Shown here: positions 38,294 through 49,801 of the stretch, piece after piece
How positions within the stretch are numbered: position 1 is the stretch's first letter
Layout: the number at the start of each line of letters is the position of its first letter
DNA from: Atractiella rhizophila
Taxonomy: Eukaryota
NCBI GenBank assembly: GCA_021432655.1
Contig: MU271421.1
Span: 1 to 64,000, forward strand
Reading direction: 5' to 3'
Length of the DNA: 64,000 bases
Program-made: the position numbers and the translations under genes
Notes under the pieces: model-generated
What the model saw: the letters and a program-made list of their open reading frames with translations, nothing else
Told to the model about the DNA's origin: nothing
The model's database searches: none

Positions 38294-39832
38294 ATGACCG
38301 TGCGAGGTGATCTTCCGGTTCCTACTGAAATCCTTGTCCTCATCCTGGAGCTGCTGTGGAGCATTCTGCGTGTCAATGACGAGCGGCCAACCGCCGCATC
38401 GAAAAGCATTTCTCCGTTAATGTTGGTTTGCAAGAGATGGAAGCCGATCGTCTCTGGCATCCTTTGGTCAGAGCTCTACATCCTTGATGACGACTACTTC
38501 GACTGGCTTGGGCAGGAAGACGATGGACGCTTTATTCACACGACCCGGGTGACCATCAAGTTTGCGCCATGGCAGCTTCAAGCACGAAGTCTAGAATCAG
38601 CCCACCGATTCTCAGAATCTACCAATGCACTTCTTTCAAAGACTCGCAACCTCGAACACCTAGAAATCAGTTTCCCATCAGGATCTCCGGGTTTACTTTT
38701 GTGGAATGTACTTCCCAGACTGAGGGTGCTTATTTTACGCGGCCCACTCGCATTGAAATGGCTTTCTAGGACCTCACTAGGAGGGGTGGAACATCTAACA
38801 GAACTGAAATTGGTCAACGTGGCGCATTTGGAGGAGTTTGCTTTCACAGAATGCTCCTCTCTACGAACACTGGAGTTGCGACATTGCCGCCAAAAGGAGG
38901 ATGCAGGACCTTTGCAGCTTCCCGTCTCTCTCAACAGCTTTTATTTTCACTCGGATGAGGATCTAGATGTCAATACCATCCAGAGCCTGACTTCCATCTC
39001 CTCATCACTGAAAGTCTTGCAGCTATGGGGCACCGTTTTTCAAGAGAAAGTTGGCCCCACTATCCGGTTGCCATCATTTCCAGCACTTGAGCGACTATCA
39101 CTCCTCCCCATGTTTCATCGAATCGGCGCTCTCGATTTGTTTGACCTTGCTCCGTTGATATCCCAGTCCCTCCAACTTCGAGAGCTCGAACTCTGTGGTG
39201 TATCCATGATCACAGCCACTTTTGGCACCTTCTTTCCTCATTTGGAGCTGCTCTCGATACAGAACGGCTATATCCATCCAGATCTATGCCTCCCTTACTT
39301 CCGTCAGACCCTGAACTCGCTTTCACGTTTAACTTTGGAGTTTAGCTTAGTGTCCAACATTCCCGCATGGGAGGCCAATCTCGGTATTCTGCTTACTCCT
39401 AGCCTCGTCATTCTCCGCATAGATACATCTGACTTCAGAAATTTCTGGAAATGTGACGACGCGATCAAAGCCATCAATCGGTGCACTTCACTTCGTTTGC
39501 TGTATCTCGATGTCGGCATGCAAGACTGCCACCAACTTTTCGCTCAACTCACAATTCCACTCACCTTTCTCATGGCCTCTCTATTAGATCACGAGATGGA
39601 CACTTTACTAGAGGATCTATGGGCGTCCATCCAGAGAGGAGGACTGCGCGGATTGAAAAGAGCGCGAGTATCTGTGGGGGGCCGGATCTTAGGCCGCGAG
39701 GATTTAGAAGATGGCCCAGAAGGACTGAAGAAATGGATGGTGGACAACGAAGTGCAATTTGATCAGACCCTTGCCGAGCTACCTCTGACCAAATTCCACA
39801 GATGGGCTCAGAATGTGATGCTCAATCTCTAG
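38294..39832 (+). CDS. F-box / leucine-rich-repeat (RNI-like) protein, copy 1, intronless
   Basis: F-box-like LPVPTEILVLILELL...LMLVCKRWKPIV, followed by LxxLxL repeats (LEHLEI, LRVLIL, LTELKL, LRTLEL, LERLSL, LRELEL). Likely start MTVRG at 38294. Confidence 0.8.
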   Translation: MTVRGDLPVPTEILVLILELLWSILRVNDERPTAASKSISPLMLVCKRWKPIVSGILWSELYILDDDYFDWLGQEDDGRFIHTTRVTIKFAPWQLQARSLESAHRFSESTNALLSKTRNLEHLEISFPSGSPGLLLWNVLPRLRVLILRGPLALKWLSRTSLGGVEHLTELKLVNVAHLEEFAFTECSSLRTLELRHCRQKEDAGPLQLPVSLNSFYFHSDEDLDVNTIQSLTSISSSLKVLQLWGTVFQEKVGPTIRLPSFPALERLSLLPMFHRIGALDLFDLAPLISQSLQLRELELCGVSMITATFGTFFPHLELLSIQNGYIHPDLCLPYFRQTLNSLSRLTLEFSLVSNIPAWEANLGILLTPSLVILRIDTSDFRNFWKCDDAIKAINRCTSLRLLYLDVGMQDCHQLFAQLTIPLTFLMASLLDHEMDTLLEDLWASIQRGGLRGLKRARVSVGGRILGREDLEDGPEGLKKWMVDNEVQFDQTLAELPLTKFHRWAQNVMLNL

Positions 39833-40252
39833 TCCACCCTTAGTGGCTTCATCTGCTTCCGTGGATCTTGTTTCTTGCATGATCGAGGTTTGTGTTGTGT
39901 GGCACCATGGCACTCAGTGGATATGGATTGAAATCTAGGCAATGGATTGCGTAAACCATTTCGTGTTAGATTTGGGAACTCTTGCATACGTCCATGAACG
40001 CAACCATAAGACTTATCATCGAAATGAAACAGATGAACGTAAGGCCGATTTAAAGAATTGGACAAGACAGTTATAGGTGATACAGTGAGACAGACGAATG
40101 AACCACAACGAACCGAATGCATGCACTGCACTGCATGGACCCTTCGAACAAGTTTTTGAGATACGGGAGATGAACATAATATGTGGTTACTCCAAGTAGA
40201 ATATTTGGAAGATGCAAAATCAATCTGGGCTAAAGGAGAACAAAATGTTAAC

Positions 40253-40742
40253 TCAAAAGCCTTCGAATGCGTCCCTATCCATCTAGATCAGGCACCATAC
40301 AACAGAAGTGATATCGTAGACTCACCCATGTTTAGACCTCCCAGTCCACACTCCATAAGAGGAGGTATCAGCCTCATCGTATCTGTCGAAGTGTTCCTCC
40401 TTCTCGCTCGGTCTCCAAGGAACTGGCAATTCCTTCCTCCATAACGCGTTCCAATCGACCTCGTTGAACCAAGGGTGATCGAACACGTCCTGCCATCCTC
40501 CGGACAAGTTCCCGAGTCGCTTGGTACAATCCGGTTCCAACAAACGCGTCACGATGGAGATTGAGAGGGGGGTAAAGTGGTGTGTGAACTGGAGTTTGCA
40601 TGCCAGAATCTTCTCGTACAATCGGATGGGGTTGCTGTTCGCAATTGTGGTCAGTTAGTAAATAAAAGTGGAGAATGAAGGAGGGAAGGACTTACTTGTC
40701 TCCGGTGTGGAATGGAGGGTAGCCGGCGATCATTTCGAAGAT
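40253..40742 (-). pseudogene. Duplicated 3' fragment of the PKA catalytic subunit gene
   Basis: Identical to 43087-43576. It begins abruptly at [11 protein letters not shown] at the duplication junction. Confidence 0.85.
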
Positions 40743-41127
40743 AGACTAGTATTTATAGCCTTTAATTCCTGCCTCCTGTCGTGTGTGAACGGCAAAAGCA
40801 GTCTAGCTTGCCTGTGCTTGAGAAACACTCTACTATTACGCATTGGAAGTGCTTGCGACACGACAAGCTACGGCGATAAGCATCATATCGGGAGAGTTGA
40901 GAGCTGCCACGCCGAGATAACCAAACAGGTCACTGTCGATAGCCTGCTTAGCGCGCAGAGTTGACTTGCTGAATAGCACGGCGCCATCGATCGGAGTATT
41001 GAGACACTGCTGCATCTGCACAAGAACCATCAGTTCGGGTTATTGTTCATCAAATCAGCAACGGTTCATACTGGTCTGTGCACTGTGCCGAAATGTAAGA
41101 CTGATCACGATTATTGGTAGCAGAACT

Positions 41128-42666
41128 ATGACCGTGCGAGGTGATCTTCCGGTTCCTACTGAAATCCTTGTCCTCATCCTGGAGCTGCTGTGGAGCATTC
41201 TGCGTGTCAATGACGAGCGGCCAACCGCCGCATCGAAAAGCATTTCTCCGTTAATGTTGGTTTGCAAGAGATGGAAGCCGATCGTCTCTGGCATCCTTTG
41301 GTCAGAGCTCTACATCCTTGATGACGACTACTTCGACTGGCTTGGGCAGGAAGACGATGGACGCTTTATTCACACGACCCGGGTGACCATCAAGTTTGCG
41401 CCATGGCAGCTTCAAGCACGAAGTCTAGAATCAGCCCACCGATTCTCAGAATCTACCAATGCACTTCTTTCAAAGACTCGCAACCTCGAACACCTAGAAA
41501 TCAGTTTCCCATCAGGATCTCCGGGTTTACTTTTGTGGAATGTACTTCCCAGACTGAGGGTGCTTATTTTACGCGGCCCACTCGCATTGAAATGGCTTTC
41601 TAGGACCTCACTAGGAGGGGTGGAACATCTAACAGAACTGAAATTGGTCAACGTGGCGCATTTGGAGGAGTTTGCTTTCACAGAATGCTCCTCTCTACGA
41701 ACACTGGAGTTGCGACATTGCCGCCAAAAGGAGGATGCAGGACCTTTGCAGCTTCCCGTCTCTCTCAACAGCTTTTATTTTCACTCGGATGAGGATCTAG
41801 ATGTCAATACCATCCAGAGCCTGACTTCCATCTCCTCATCACTGAAAGTCTTGCAGCTATGGGGCACCGTTTTTCAAGAGAAAGTTGGCCCCACTATCCG
41901 GTTGCCATCATTTCCAGCACTTGAGCGACTATCACTCCTCCCCATGTTTCATCGAATCGGCGCTCTCGATTTGTTTGACCTTGCTCCGTTGATATCCCAG
42001 TCCCTCCAACTTCGAGAGCTCGAACTCTGTGGTGTATCCATGATCACAGCCACTTTTGGCACCTTCTTTCCTCATTTGGAGCTGCTCTCGATACAGAACG
42101 GCTATATCCATCCAGATCTATGCCTCCCTTACTTCCGTCAGACCCTGAACTCGCTTTCACGTTTAACTTTGGAGTTTAGCTTAGTGTCCAACATTCCCGC
42201 ATGGGAGGCCAATCTCGGTATTCTGCTTACTCCTAGCCTCGTCATTCTCCGCATAGATACATCTGACTTCAGAAATTTCTGGAAATGTGACGACGCGATC
42301 AAAGCCATCAATCGGTGCACTTCACTTCGTTTGCTGTATCTCGATGTCGGCATGCAAGACTGCCACCAACTTTTCGCTCAACTCACAATTCCACTCACCT
42401 TTCTCATGGCCTCTCTATTAGATCACGAGATGGACACTTTACTAGAGGATCTATGGGCGTCCATCCAGAGAGGAGGACTGCGCGGATTGAAAAGAGCGCG
42501 AGTATCTGTGGGGGGCCGGATCTTAGGCCGCGAGGATTTAGAAGATGGCCCAGAAGGACTGAAGAAATGGATGGTGGACAACGAAGTGCAATTTGATCAG
42601 ACCCTTGCCGAGCTACCTCTGACCAAATTCCACAGATGGGCTCAGAATGTGATGCTCAATCTCTAG
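41128..42666 (+). CDS. F-box / leucine-rich-repeat protein, copy 2 (identical to copy 1)
   Basis: Same translation as 38294-39832. Confidence 0.8.
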   Translation: MTVRGDLPVPTEILVLILELLWSILRVNDERPTAASKSISPLMLVCKRWKPIVSGILWSELYILDDDYFDWLGQEDDGRFIHTTRVTIKFAPWQLQARSLESAHRFSESTNALLSKTRNLEHLEISFPSGSPGLLLWNVLPRLRVLILRGPLALKWLSRTSLGGVEHLTELKLVNVAHLEEFAFTECSSLRTLELRHCRQKEDAGPLQLPVSLNSFYFHSDEDLDVNTIQSLTSISSSLKVLQLWGTVFQEKVGPTIRLPSFPALERLSLLPMFHRIGALDLFDLAPLISQSLQLRELELCGVSMITATFGTFFPHLELLSIQNGYIHPDLCLPYFRQTLNSLSRLTLEFSLVSNIPAWEANLGILLTPSLVILRIDTSDFRNFWKCDDAIKAINRCTSLRLLYLDVGMQDCHQLFAQLTIPLTFLMASLLDHEMDTLLEDLWASIQRGGLRGLKRARVSVGGRILGREDLEDGPEGLKKWMVDNEVQFDQTLAELPLTKFHRWAQNVMLNL

Positions 42667-43086
42667 TCCACCCTTAGTGGCTTCATCTGCTTCCGTGGAT
42701 CTTGTTTCTTGCATGATCGAGGTTTGTGTTGTGTGGCACCATGGCACTCAGTGGATATGGATTGAAATCTAGGCAATGGATTGCGTAAACCATTTCGTGT
42801 TAGATTTGGGAACTCTTGCATACGTCCATGAACGCAACCATAAGACTTATCATCGAAATGAAACAGATGAACGTAAGGCCGATTTAAAGAATTGGACAAG
42901 ACAGTTATAGGTGATACAGTGAGACAGACGAATGAACCACAACGAACCGAATGCATGCACTGCACTGCATGGACCCTTCGAACAAGTTTTTGAGATACGG
43001 GAGATGAACATAATATGTGGTTACTCCAAGTAGAATATTTGGAAGATGCAAAATCAATCTGGGCTAAAGGAGAACAAAATGTTAAC

Positions 43087-45567
43087 TCAAAAGCCTTCGA
43101 ATGCGTCCCTATCCATCTAGATCAGGCACCATACAACAGAAGTGATATCGTAGACTCACCCATGTTTAGACCTCCCAGTCCACACTCCATAAGAGGAGGT
43201 ATCAGCCTCATCGTATCTGTCGAAGTGTTCCTCCTTCTCGCTCGGTCTCCAAGGAACTGGCAATTCCTTCCTCCATAACGCGTTCCAATCGACCTCGTTG
43301 AACCAAGGGTGATCGAACACGTCCTGCCATCCTCCGGACAAGTTCCCGAGTCGCTTGGTACAATCCGGTTCCAACAAACGCGTCACGATGGAGATTGAGA
43401 GGGGGGTAAAGTGGTGTGTGAACTGGAGTTTGCATGCCAGAATCTTCTCGTACAATCGGATGGGGTTGCTGTTCGCAATTGTGGTCAGTTAGTAAATAAA
43501 AGTGGAGAATGAAGGAGGGAAGGACTTACTTGTCTCCGGTGTGGAATGGAGGGTAGCCGGCGATCATTTCGAAGATGAGAACGCCAAGCGACCACATGTC
43601 TACCGACTTGTTGTACCTCACACCTCGTACACTGTCCCACAACCAAACCAACTCGTCAGTCATCTATTGATCGAGAGACGGGAGAGAGACGAACATTTCG
43701 GGTGCCAAATAGTCCGGCGTTCCACAGAGGGTCCATGTATCCACCTCCACCTCTTTGGCGAATCCAAAATCCGTAATCTTCACATGTCCCGCATTATCTA
43801 TTCCTCTCATCAATTCCATCCCACAATGAATAGGGTGAACGAACCTATGAGGATGTTTTCGGGTTTCAAATCCCTATAAACGATTCCCAAACCATGTAAG
43901 AAGTCCAGCCCAGCAGCCACTTCCGCCGCATAAAACTTGGCCACTGCGTCCGGAAACCTATGGCTCCTCCTGATCAAACCGAAGAGTTCGCCTCCACCGA
44001 CCCAATCGAGGACCATAAAGACTCTCTCGTCGTCCTGGAGGGTTCCCCAGAGTGTGACAAAGAAAGGATGTCCGCGAGTTCCCTCCGGTCTCCTCCTGTT
44101 CAAAGGGTGGGACGCAGTGCTCCTAAACTGTCCATCTCCTCCATTCCCGGAAGAGGAGGAGGAAGACGAAGCGGGAGTAGAGATGAGCGCGAGGACCCTT
44201 CGTTCTGATCGGGTGTGAGCCACTTGTTTAAGAGCGACCACTTTGTCCTTATTTAAGACCTTGATCGCATAGGCAAGCCCGTTCGTGGCGCTCGCAGCGA
44301 GGTGGACGCGTCCAAAGGTCCCTGTTCCAACGGTACGTTTGAGGTGGAAGTCACGACGGATGTCGTATTTGTGCGTTGCCGGAGTGCGGAGCGAAGTTGT
44401 AGTTGCCGCTGGGGTCGAAGGGGATTGAGCGGTGGAAATGGCGACTGGCGACGGTGTGGGATAGGCGTTGTAGGTGGGATAGGAAGAGGTATGGTGGTGC
44501 GAGATCGGGTGTTTGGATTTGAAAGGAGGGATAGGACCTGGGACGAGAGTCTTGAGGTTGGTCGTGTCTTGACCGTTTTGAGAGCCGTTCTCATGTCCGT
44601 TACTGGACTCATACGAAGGATAGGCAAGTCCGGAAGGCACCTGCTGAGGCTGAGTAGAAGACTGGACTTGAGAATGCGTGTAATGGTGATGATCCTTATT
44701 TAAGACCTTGATCGCATAGGCAAGCCCGTTCGTGGCGCTCGCAGCGAGGTGGACGCGTCCAAAGGTCCCTGTTCCAACGGTACGTTTGAGGTGGAAGTCA
44801 CGACGGATGTCGTATTTGTGCGTTGGCGGAGTGCGGAGCGAAGTTGTAGTTGCCGCTGGGGTCGAAGGGGATTGAGCGGTGGAAATGGCGACTGGCGACG
44901 GTGTGGGATAGGCGTTGTAGGTGGGATAGGAAGAGGTATGGTGGTGCGAGATCGGGTGTTTGGATTTGAAAGGGGGGATAGGACCTGGGACGAGAGTCTT
45001 GAGGTTGGTCGTGTCTTGACCGTTTTGAGAGCCGTTCTCATGTCCGTTACTGGACTCATACGAAGGATAGGCAAGTCCGGAAGGCACTTGCTGAGGCTGA
45101 GTAGAAGCCTGGACTTGAGAATGCGTGTAATGGTGATGAGGTTCCCTATCGAGTGCGACGTGTTGTAGGGTGAGATCTCCATCTTCAAATGTACCATCGT
45201 CGCTGGTGTCCATCATGATATCCTTGGCGCCAATTCCGACTTTGTGCGGCTTCCCATCCCTAGCCAACCCCGGAGTGGGATATCCTCCAACGCCTCCGTG
45301 CACAGAGAGGACGACTTCGGAGGACTTGTCCGTGTTCGAGGAACGTGAGGAGTCCCGCGAGTGTTGCGTCCCCTTCTTCCCTGGACGCCGGAACTTGTTG
45401 GTTGCGTTGGAGAGGAAGTTGGGCGTGTGTGGACGGGACATTGATCTTCTTTTGGCGACTATCGCTGCTGGTGGTAACGGCGGGAGTGGCGGTGGTTGAT
45501 GTGATCTGGAAGGAGGGCTGTTGGAGGAGAGGTTCGAATTGGACTTGAGACGACGGATAAAGGACAT
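43087..45567 (-). CDS. cAMP-dependent protein kinase catalytic subunit (AGC/PKA), with an internal 149-aa in-frame duplication
   Basis: [69 protein letters not shown]. The spliced last exon gives the PKA hydrophobic motif DAFEGF* at 43087. Confidence 0.92.
44246..45139 (+). repeat. Tandem duplication, 2 x 447 bp, inside PKA exon 1
   Basis: 44246-44692 repeats as 44693-45139 with ~4 substitutions (2 synonymous, plus P/A and A/S). Confidence 0.95.
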
Positions 45568-46000
45568 GTCAGTATGGTGCTATATTTTGGTGATAATTAT
45601 GGGTAGAATGGAATTTTGATGATTTGTCGAGGGAGTACAGAAGAAAGGGACAAGTGGTGTGAATGGGGAGGACGAAGGAAGAAGGAAGAAAGCTGACCTT
45701 TATATCTGGCACTCGCTAGCCCAAAGTGTAAAGCTACAAGGCCCAAGGGTTCTTTTAAGTGATGCTCAGCGCTAGGGAGAGATAAGAATATTGGGGATAT
45801 GTTTGCCAGATGCAAGTTGGAATGAAAGAAAGGGACAACAATGGGATCTCCCATCTCCTACCCACGTGACAACTCTATTCACCCTTCCCAAATCAACAAG
45901 CCAAACAATATTTACTTTTAACTTCAAAGTTTGAACCTTATCAAAGTCATTTAGCAATTCATTTTACTATTGTCATTGTCACACTATTCAGAGCAGGAGA

Positions 46001-46588
46001 ATGGAGGCACTCACGAGGAAGCCACAGAAGGATGGAACGACCCACTACTTTCACGGCCACCGTCGCTACTCCTTTATAACCCATGACGTGGATGAACTGA
46101 CAGAGCTGCGAGCTCGAGAAAGGACGTTCGATGGTGGACCTTTTCCTCCTATTGTATATATAAGGAAGTATATTGAGGTATGGAATGATCAGGGGCATAC
46201 ATCCGAACAGCCCTCGGAAACATCACATATGCGCTCGTGATTCTCAAAATATTCTCTCCCTCCTTCGCACCAAGTACGTCACCTCCAAAGCAGAACATAA
46301 AAGCACACTGAAACAAAATCCCTAGTCGGAATATGCTACATCTGCATAGCCGCCATCCTCCTCCTCATCTCCCTCCACCGGCGTTCTCACTCCAACCACG
46401 ACCTCGCAGACGTTTACAAGCCCAAGCCCGCTCCTCAGGAGGCGAAAGCAGCTGGAGGTGGAACGGGAGGAATGATTTGGGGTCGTGCTTTTCGAACCAG
46501 CGGAGTGTCCGTCGTTATCCTCAGTGGGGTCGTCACGGCGCTCGAGGTCGCTCTGTTGGTGTTGCTCTGGAGGATTGGTGATGATTGA
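46001..46588 (+). CDS. Small membrane protein, DUF202/YidH-like fungal family (3 exons)
   Basis: Spliced: MEALTRK...ELRARERTFD/GAYIRTALGNITYALVILKIFSPSFAP/IGICYICIAAILLLISLHRRSHSNHDLAD...GRAFRTSGVSVVILSGVVTALEVALLVLLWRIGDD*. Three hydrophobic segments. Confidence 0.78.
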
Positions 46589-47341
46589 AGTGGTAACTGG
46601 AGGTGAAGGTGAAGGTGAGCGCTAGATCTTCTTTTACTGGTAGATCGAGGAAGGAAGCGTCTGTAACGGTTATTGAATGACGTACTGAGGGTCGACCCTG
46701 TGGGTCACTCTGCAGCGCACTCGAGCAGCAGCTTCCAGTTTATGTGCTCTGTGCTCCGCCCTCTCCCAACTCCTACCAGCAAGGGGAAGTCGGAGCGAGC
46801 CCGTAAACGCTTCTGTCTCAGAGTTTTTCTTATTTCCTAATCATCTCTTTGTTATGTTAGGACGCTAACGTAGCTGATCCCATGTCTGTGCATGTAGAAT
46901 CTGTGTATTACATTGAACTCGTCTTTTCCTTCGTTAGCGACGCAAGACGAACCGTTAAAGTCCATTATCTAGCGTTTCTTCATCAATGCAACCGTGCGTA
47001 TATGCCTGATGTCAATGAATACGGGACTGACGCGTCGGGCTGCTCTAGCCTTGAAAGGCATCAATGGTTAACAACTACCCAAAGGTCTAATAAAGAGGCT
47101 TGGTGCGAATAGCCTCGCTATGGAACACCTCACTGTCACTATTGTTCGAGCAATATTTGCGCAAATGAAATGCAGTCATTGGACGTAGTGCCTCATACCG
47201 AAAAGACATTCTGTAGACATTCAAGTGATTGCGTCCTATCCCATCTTAGTTGATTCTGGATCGGTTCGTGCAGCAGTGGCCATATTTATTTTCCATTTCA
47301 CAGTACTATTCCCATACATCAACGAAGGAGTTGGTGGGCAT

Positions 47342-47495
47342 CTACCAAGGAAGGATCTTGTCCTCCGTGTCGACGGCATAAAACTTGTTCGCCGTTTGAG
47401 GAGTGACTTGATTAATGATGGCGAGGGAATCCTTGACGCTCATATCTGCGGTGTAAGAGGGCTGTAACGATATGTCCATGTTAACATTGCTCACG
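47342..47495 (-). pseudogene. Orphan copy of the SDR last exon (with 3' part of its intron)
   Basis: PSYTADMSVKDSLAIINQVTPQTANKFYAVDTEDKILPW* with an intact ttacag acceptor. Confidence 0.8.
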
Positions 47496-47917
47496 AGTAT
47501 ATTGAGGTATGGAATGATCAGGGGCATACATCCGAACAGCGCTCGGAAACATCACATATGCACTCGTGATCCTCAAAATATTCTCTCCCTCCTTCGCACC
47601 AAGTACGTCACCTCCAAAGCAGAACATAAAAAGCACACTGAAGGAAATCGCTAGTCGGAATATGCTACATCTGCATAGCCGCTATCCTCCTCCTCATCTC
47701 CCTCCACCGGCGTTCTCACTCCAACCACGACCTCGCAGACGTTTACAAGCCCAAACCCGCTCCTCAAGAGGCGAAAGCAGCCGGAGGTGGAACGGGAGGA
47801 ATGATTTGGGGTCGTGCTTTTCGAACCAGTGGAGTGTCCGTCGTCATCCTCAGTGGGGTTGTCACGGCGCTCGAGGTCGCTCTTTTGGTGTTGCTCTGGA
47901 GGATTGGCGATGATTGA
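47496..47917 (+). pseudogene. 5'-truncated copy of the DUF202-like gene (lacks exon 1)
   Basis: Starts within intron 1. Exons 2-3 translate identically to the upstream copy. Confidence 0.8.
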
Positions 47918-48660
47918 ATTGGTGATTGCCTGTGCCGGTGAAGGTGAGTGCTAGACCTTCGTTTATTGTAGAGCAAGGGAGGAGGTGTCTCTAACGGTTA
48001 TAGAGTGACGCACTGAGTGTCGACCCTATGCGTCACTCTGCATCGAAGTTGAGCAGCCAGTTTATGTGCTCGGTGCTTCTGCCTCTCCCACCTCCTACAG
48101 GCAAGGGATAGTTGGAGCGAGGCCGTAAACGCTTCTGTCCAGAGTTTTCTTGTTTTTCAATTCGATCTCGTGGTTATGTTAGGACCCTGGCGTAGCTGAT
48201 CCCATTTGTATGCATATAGAATCTGTGTATTACATGGGACTTGTCTTGTCCCTCGTTAGTAACGCAATACGAACCGTTGAAGTCCATTATATAGCGTTTC
48301 TTCATCACTTAGAATGCAACAGTGCGTATCTGCTTAATGTCCATGAATACGGGACTGATGCATGGGACTGCTCTAGCCTTGAAAGGCATCGATGATTGAC
48401 AGCTACCCAAAGGTGCAAAAGTGGCTTGGTGCACGAATAGCCTCCTATTGAACAACTCACTGTCACTTATGTTCCGGCAATATTGGCGCAAATGAAATGT
48501 CATGTCACTTAACGTCGTGCCTAAGACATTCTGTAGACATACAAGTGATTTACGCCCTCTTCCAACAGTTGATTCTGGGTCAGTTCGTGCAACATTGGCG
48601 ATATTCATTTTCCATCTCACAGTACTATTCCGATACATCAACGAAGGAGTCAGTGGGCAT

Positions 48661-49801
48661 CTACCAAGGAAGGGTCTTGTCCTCCGTGTCAACAGCATAA
48701 AACTTGTTCGCCGTTTGAGGAGTGACTTGATTAATGATTGCGAGGGAATCCTTGACGCTCATATCTGCGGTGTAAGAGGGCTGTAACGATGTGTTTATGT
48801 CAACATCGCTCTCGGGGATGAAAGACTGGACGAACCTCGACTTTATTATCATCCGGTCCCACTTTACCCATATCAGTCTTCACCCATCCTGGATGCAGCT
48901 GCACGAGTATTTTTAGGAATAAGTCCAAAGGGGAACTATGAGCAAGCTTACAGCTATAAAAGAGAATCCTTCGTGTCTAAGATTTGCGTCAAATTTCCTC
49001 GTCGCCATGTTTAGGGCTATAATCCGAGCCATTCTTTCGTTAGCCAGCTGAATTGGGAGGGACAGATTGTGAACGACGTACCAGCTTTCGAAACGCTATA
49101 TGCTCCCCATATGCCGCTGTTCGGCCACATGAGGTCTTTCAGATTATCGACATGAGCGATAGAGCCAGCAAAGGTGCTTATGTTGACTACTTTGCGTTCG
49201 GATCCCTTCTTTAGCAAAGGCAGGAAAGCTTTGGTCGCCTGTATGGTACCTACGACATTGATGCGGAACTACATAAATGCTCAGAAATAATTGGGAGTAA
49301 CGTCATTAAGGGAATGTTGCGCACAGACTCGGCAAACATGTCGATAGGTATATCGATGAATGCTGTAGGTTCTCCTTTCTCCAGCATCACTCCGGCGTTG
49401 TTGATGAGGACATCGATTCTATCAGTCTTGCTAGCGACTTCAGCTGCGGCGTCCTGTAATAACACATATTGTGGCGTCACGCAGGGTCGTCAACAACCAA
49501 AGGGAACGTGAGAAGCAAGTATCCCTCCTTACATTGATGGATGCCGGATCCGTTATCTCTCCAACAACTACATGGCTATTGGGACCAACTAAAGCAAGCA
49601 ACTCCTTGGAAGGTTGTCGAGCAATAGCGAAGACTGTGTTGTTTGGGTCCTTCGAAAGTTGCTTTATCCACTCGAGGCCTGATATCCCCTTTAGAAAATT
49701 ACGCTTCTAAACAGCCTCGAGCTTCGAGTTCAGTTTTAAGTAGAAATGAACTGACCTATACCTCTTGCTGAACCCGTAACAACGAATACTCTTGAGGTCA
49801 T
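48661..49801 (-). CDS. Short-chain dehydrogenase/reductase (C-factor/CsgA-like classical SDR)
   Basis: MTSRVFVVTGSARGIG, IDVLINNAG, KVVNIST, YxxxK (AYSVSKA), LHPGWVKTDMG, C-terminal LPW*. Confidence 0.9.

Larger units (their letters stand above)
37909..43576 (+). repeat. Tandem duplication, 2 x 2834 bp (37909-40742, 40743-43576), copies appear identical
   Basis: All ORFs recur at offset 2834. Junction gaagat|agactag shows no microhomology. Confidence 0.97.
46167..48815 (+). repeat. Diverged tandem duplication, ~1.32-kb units (46167-47495, 47496-~48815)
   Basis: Both units contain DUF202 exons 2-3, the intergenic spacer and the SDR last exon. The spacer carries many substitutions and small indels; exon changes are almost all synonymous. 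Confidence 0.92.

Noticed and set aside
40253..40760. New chimeric mini-gene: the duplicated TATA box (TATAAATA, minus strand, 40750-40757) placed in front of an in-frame ATG of the PKA C-terminal fragment
   Set aside because: The TATA box is only ~17 bp from the ATG, so transcription would probably start past it. The junction itself may be an assembly artefact.
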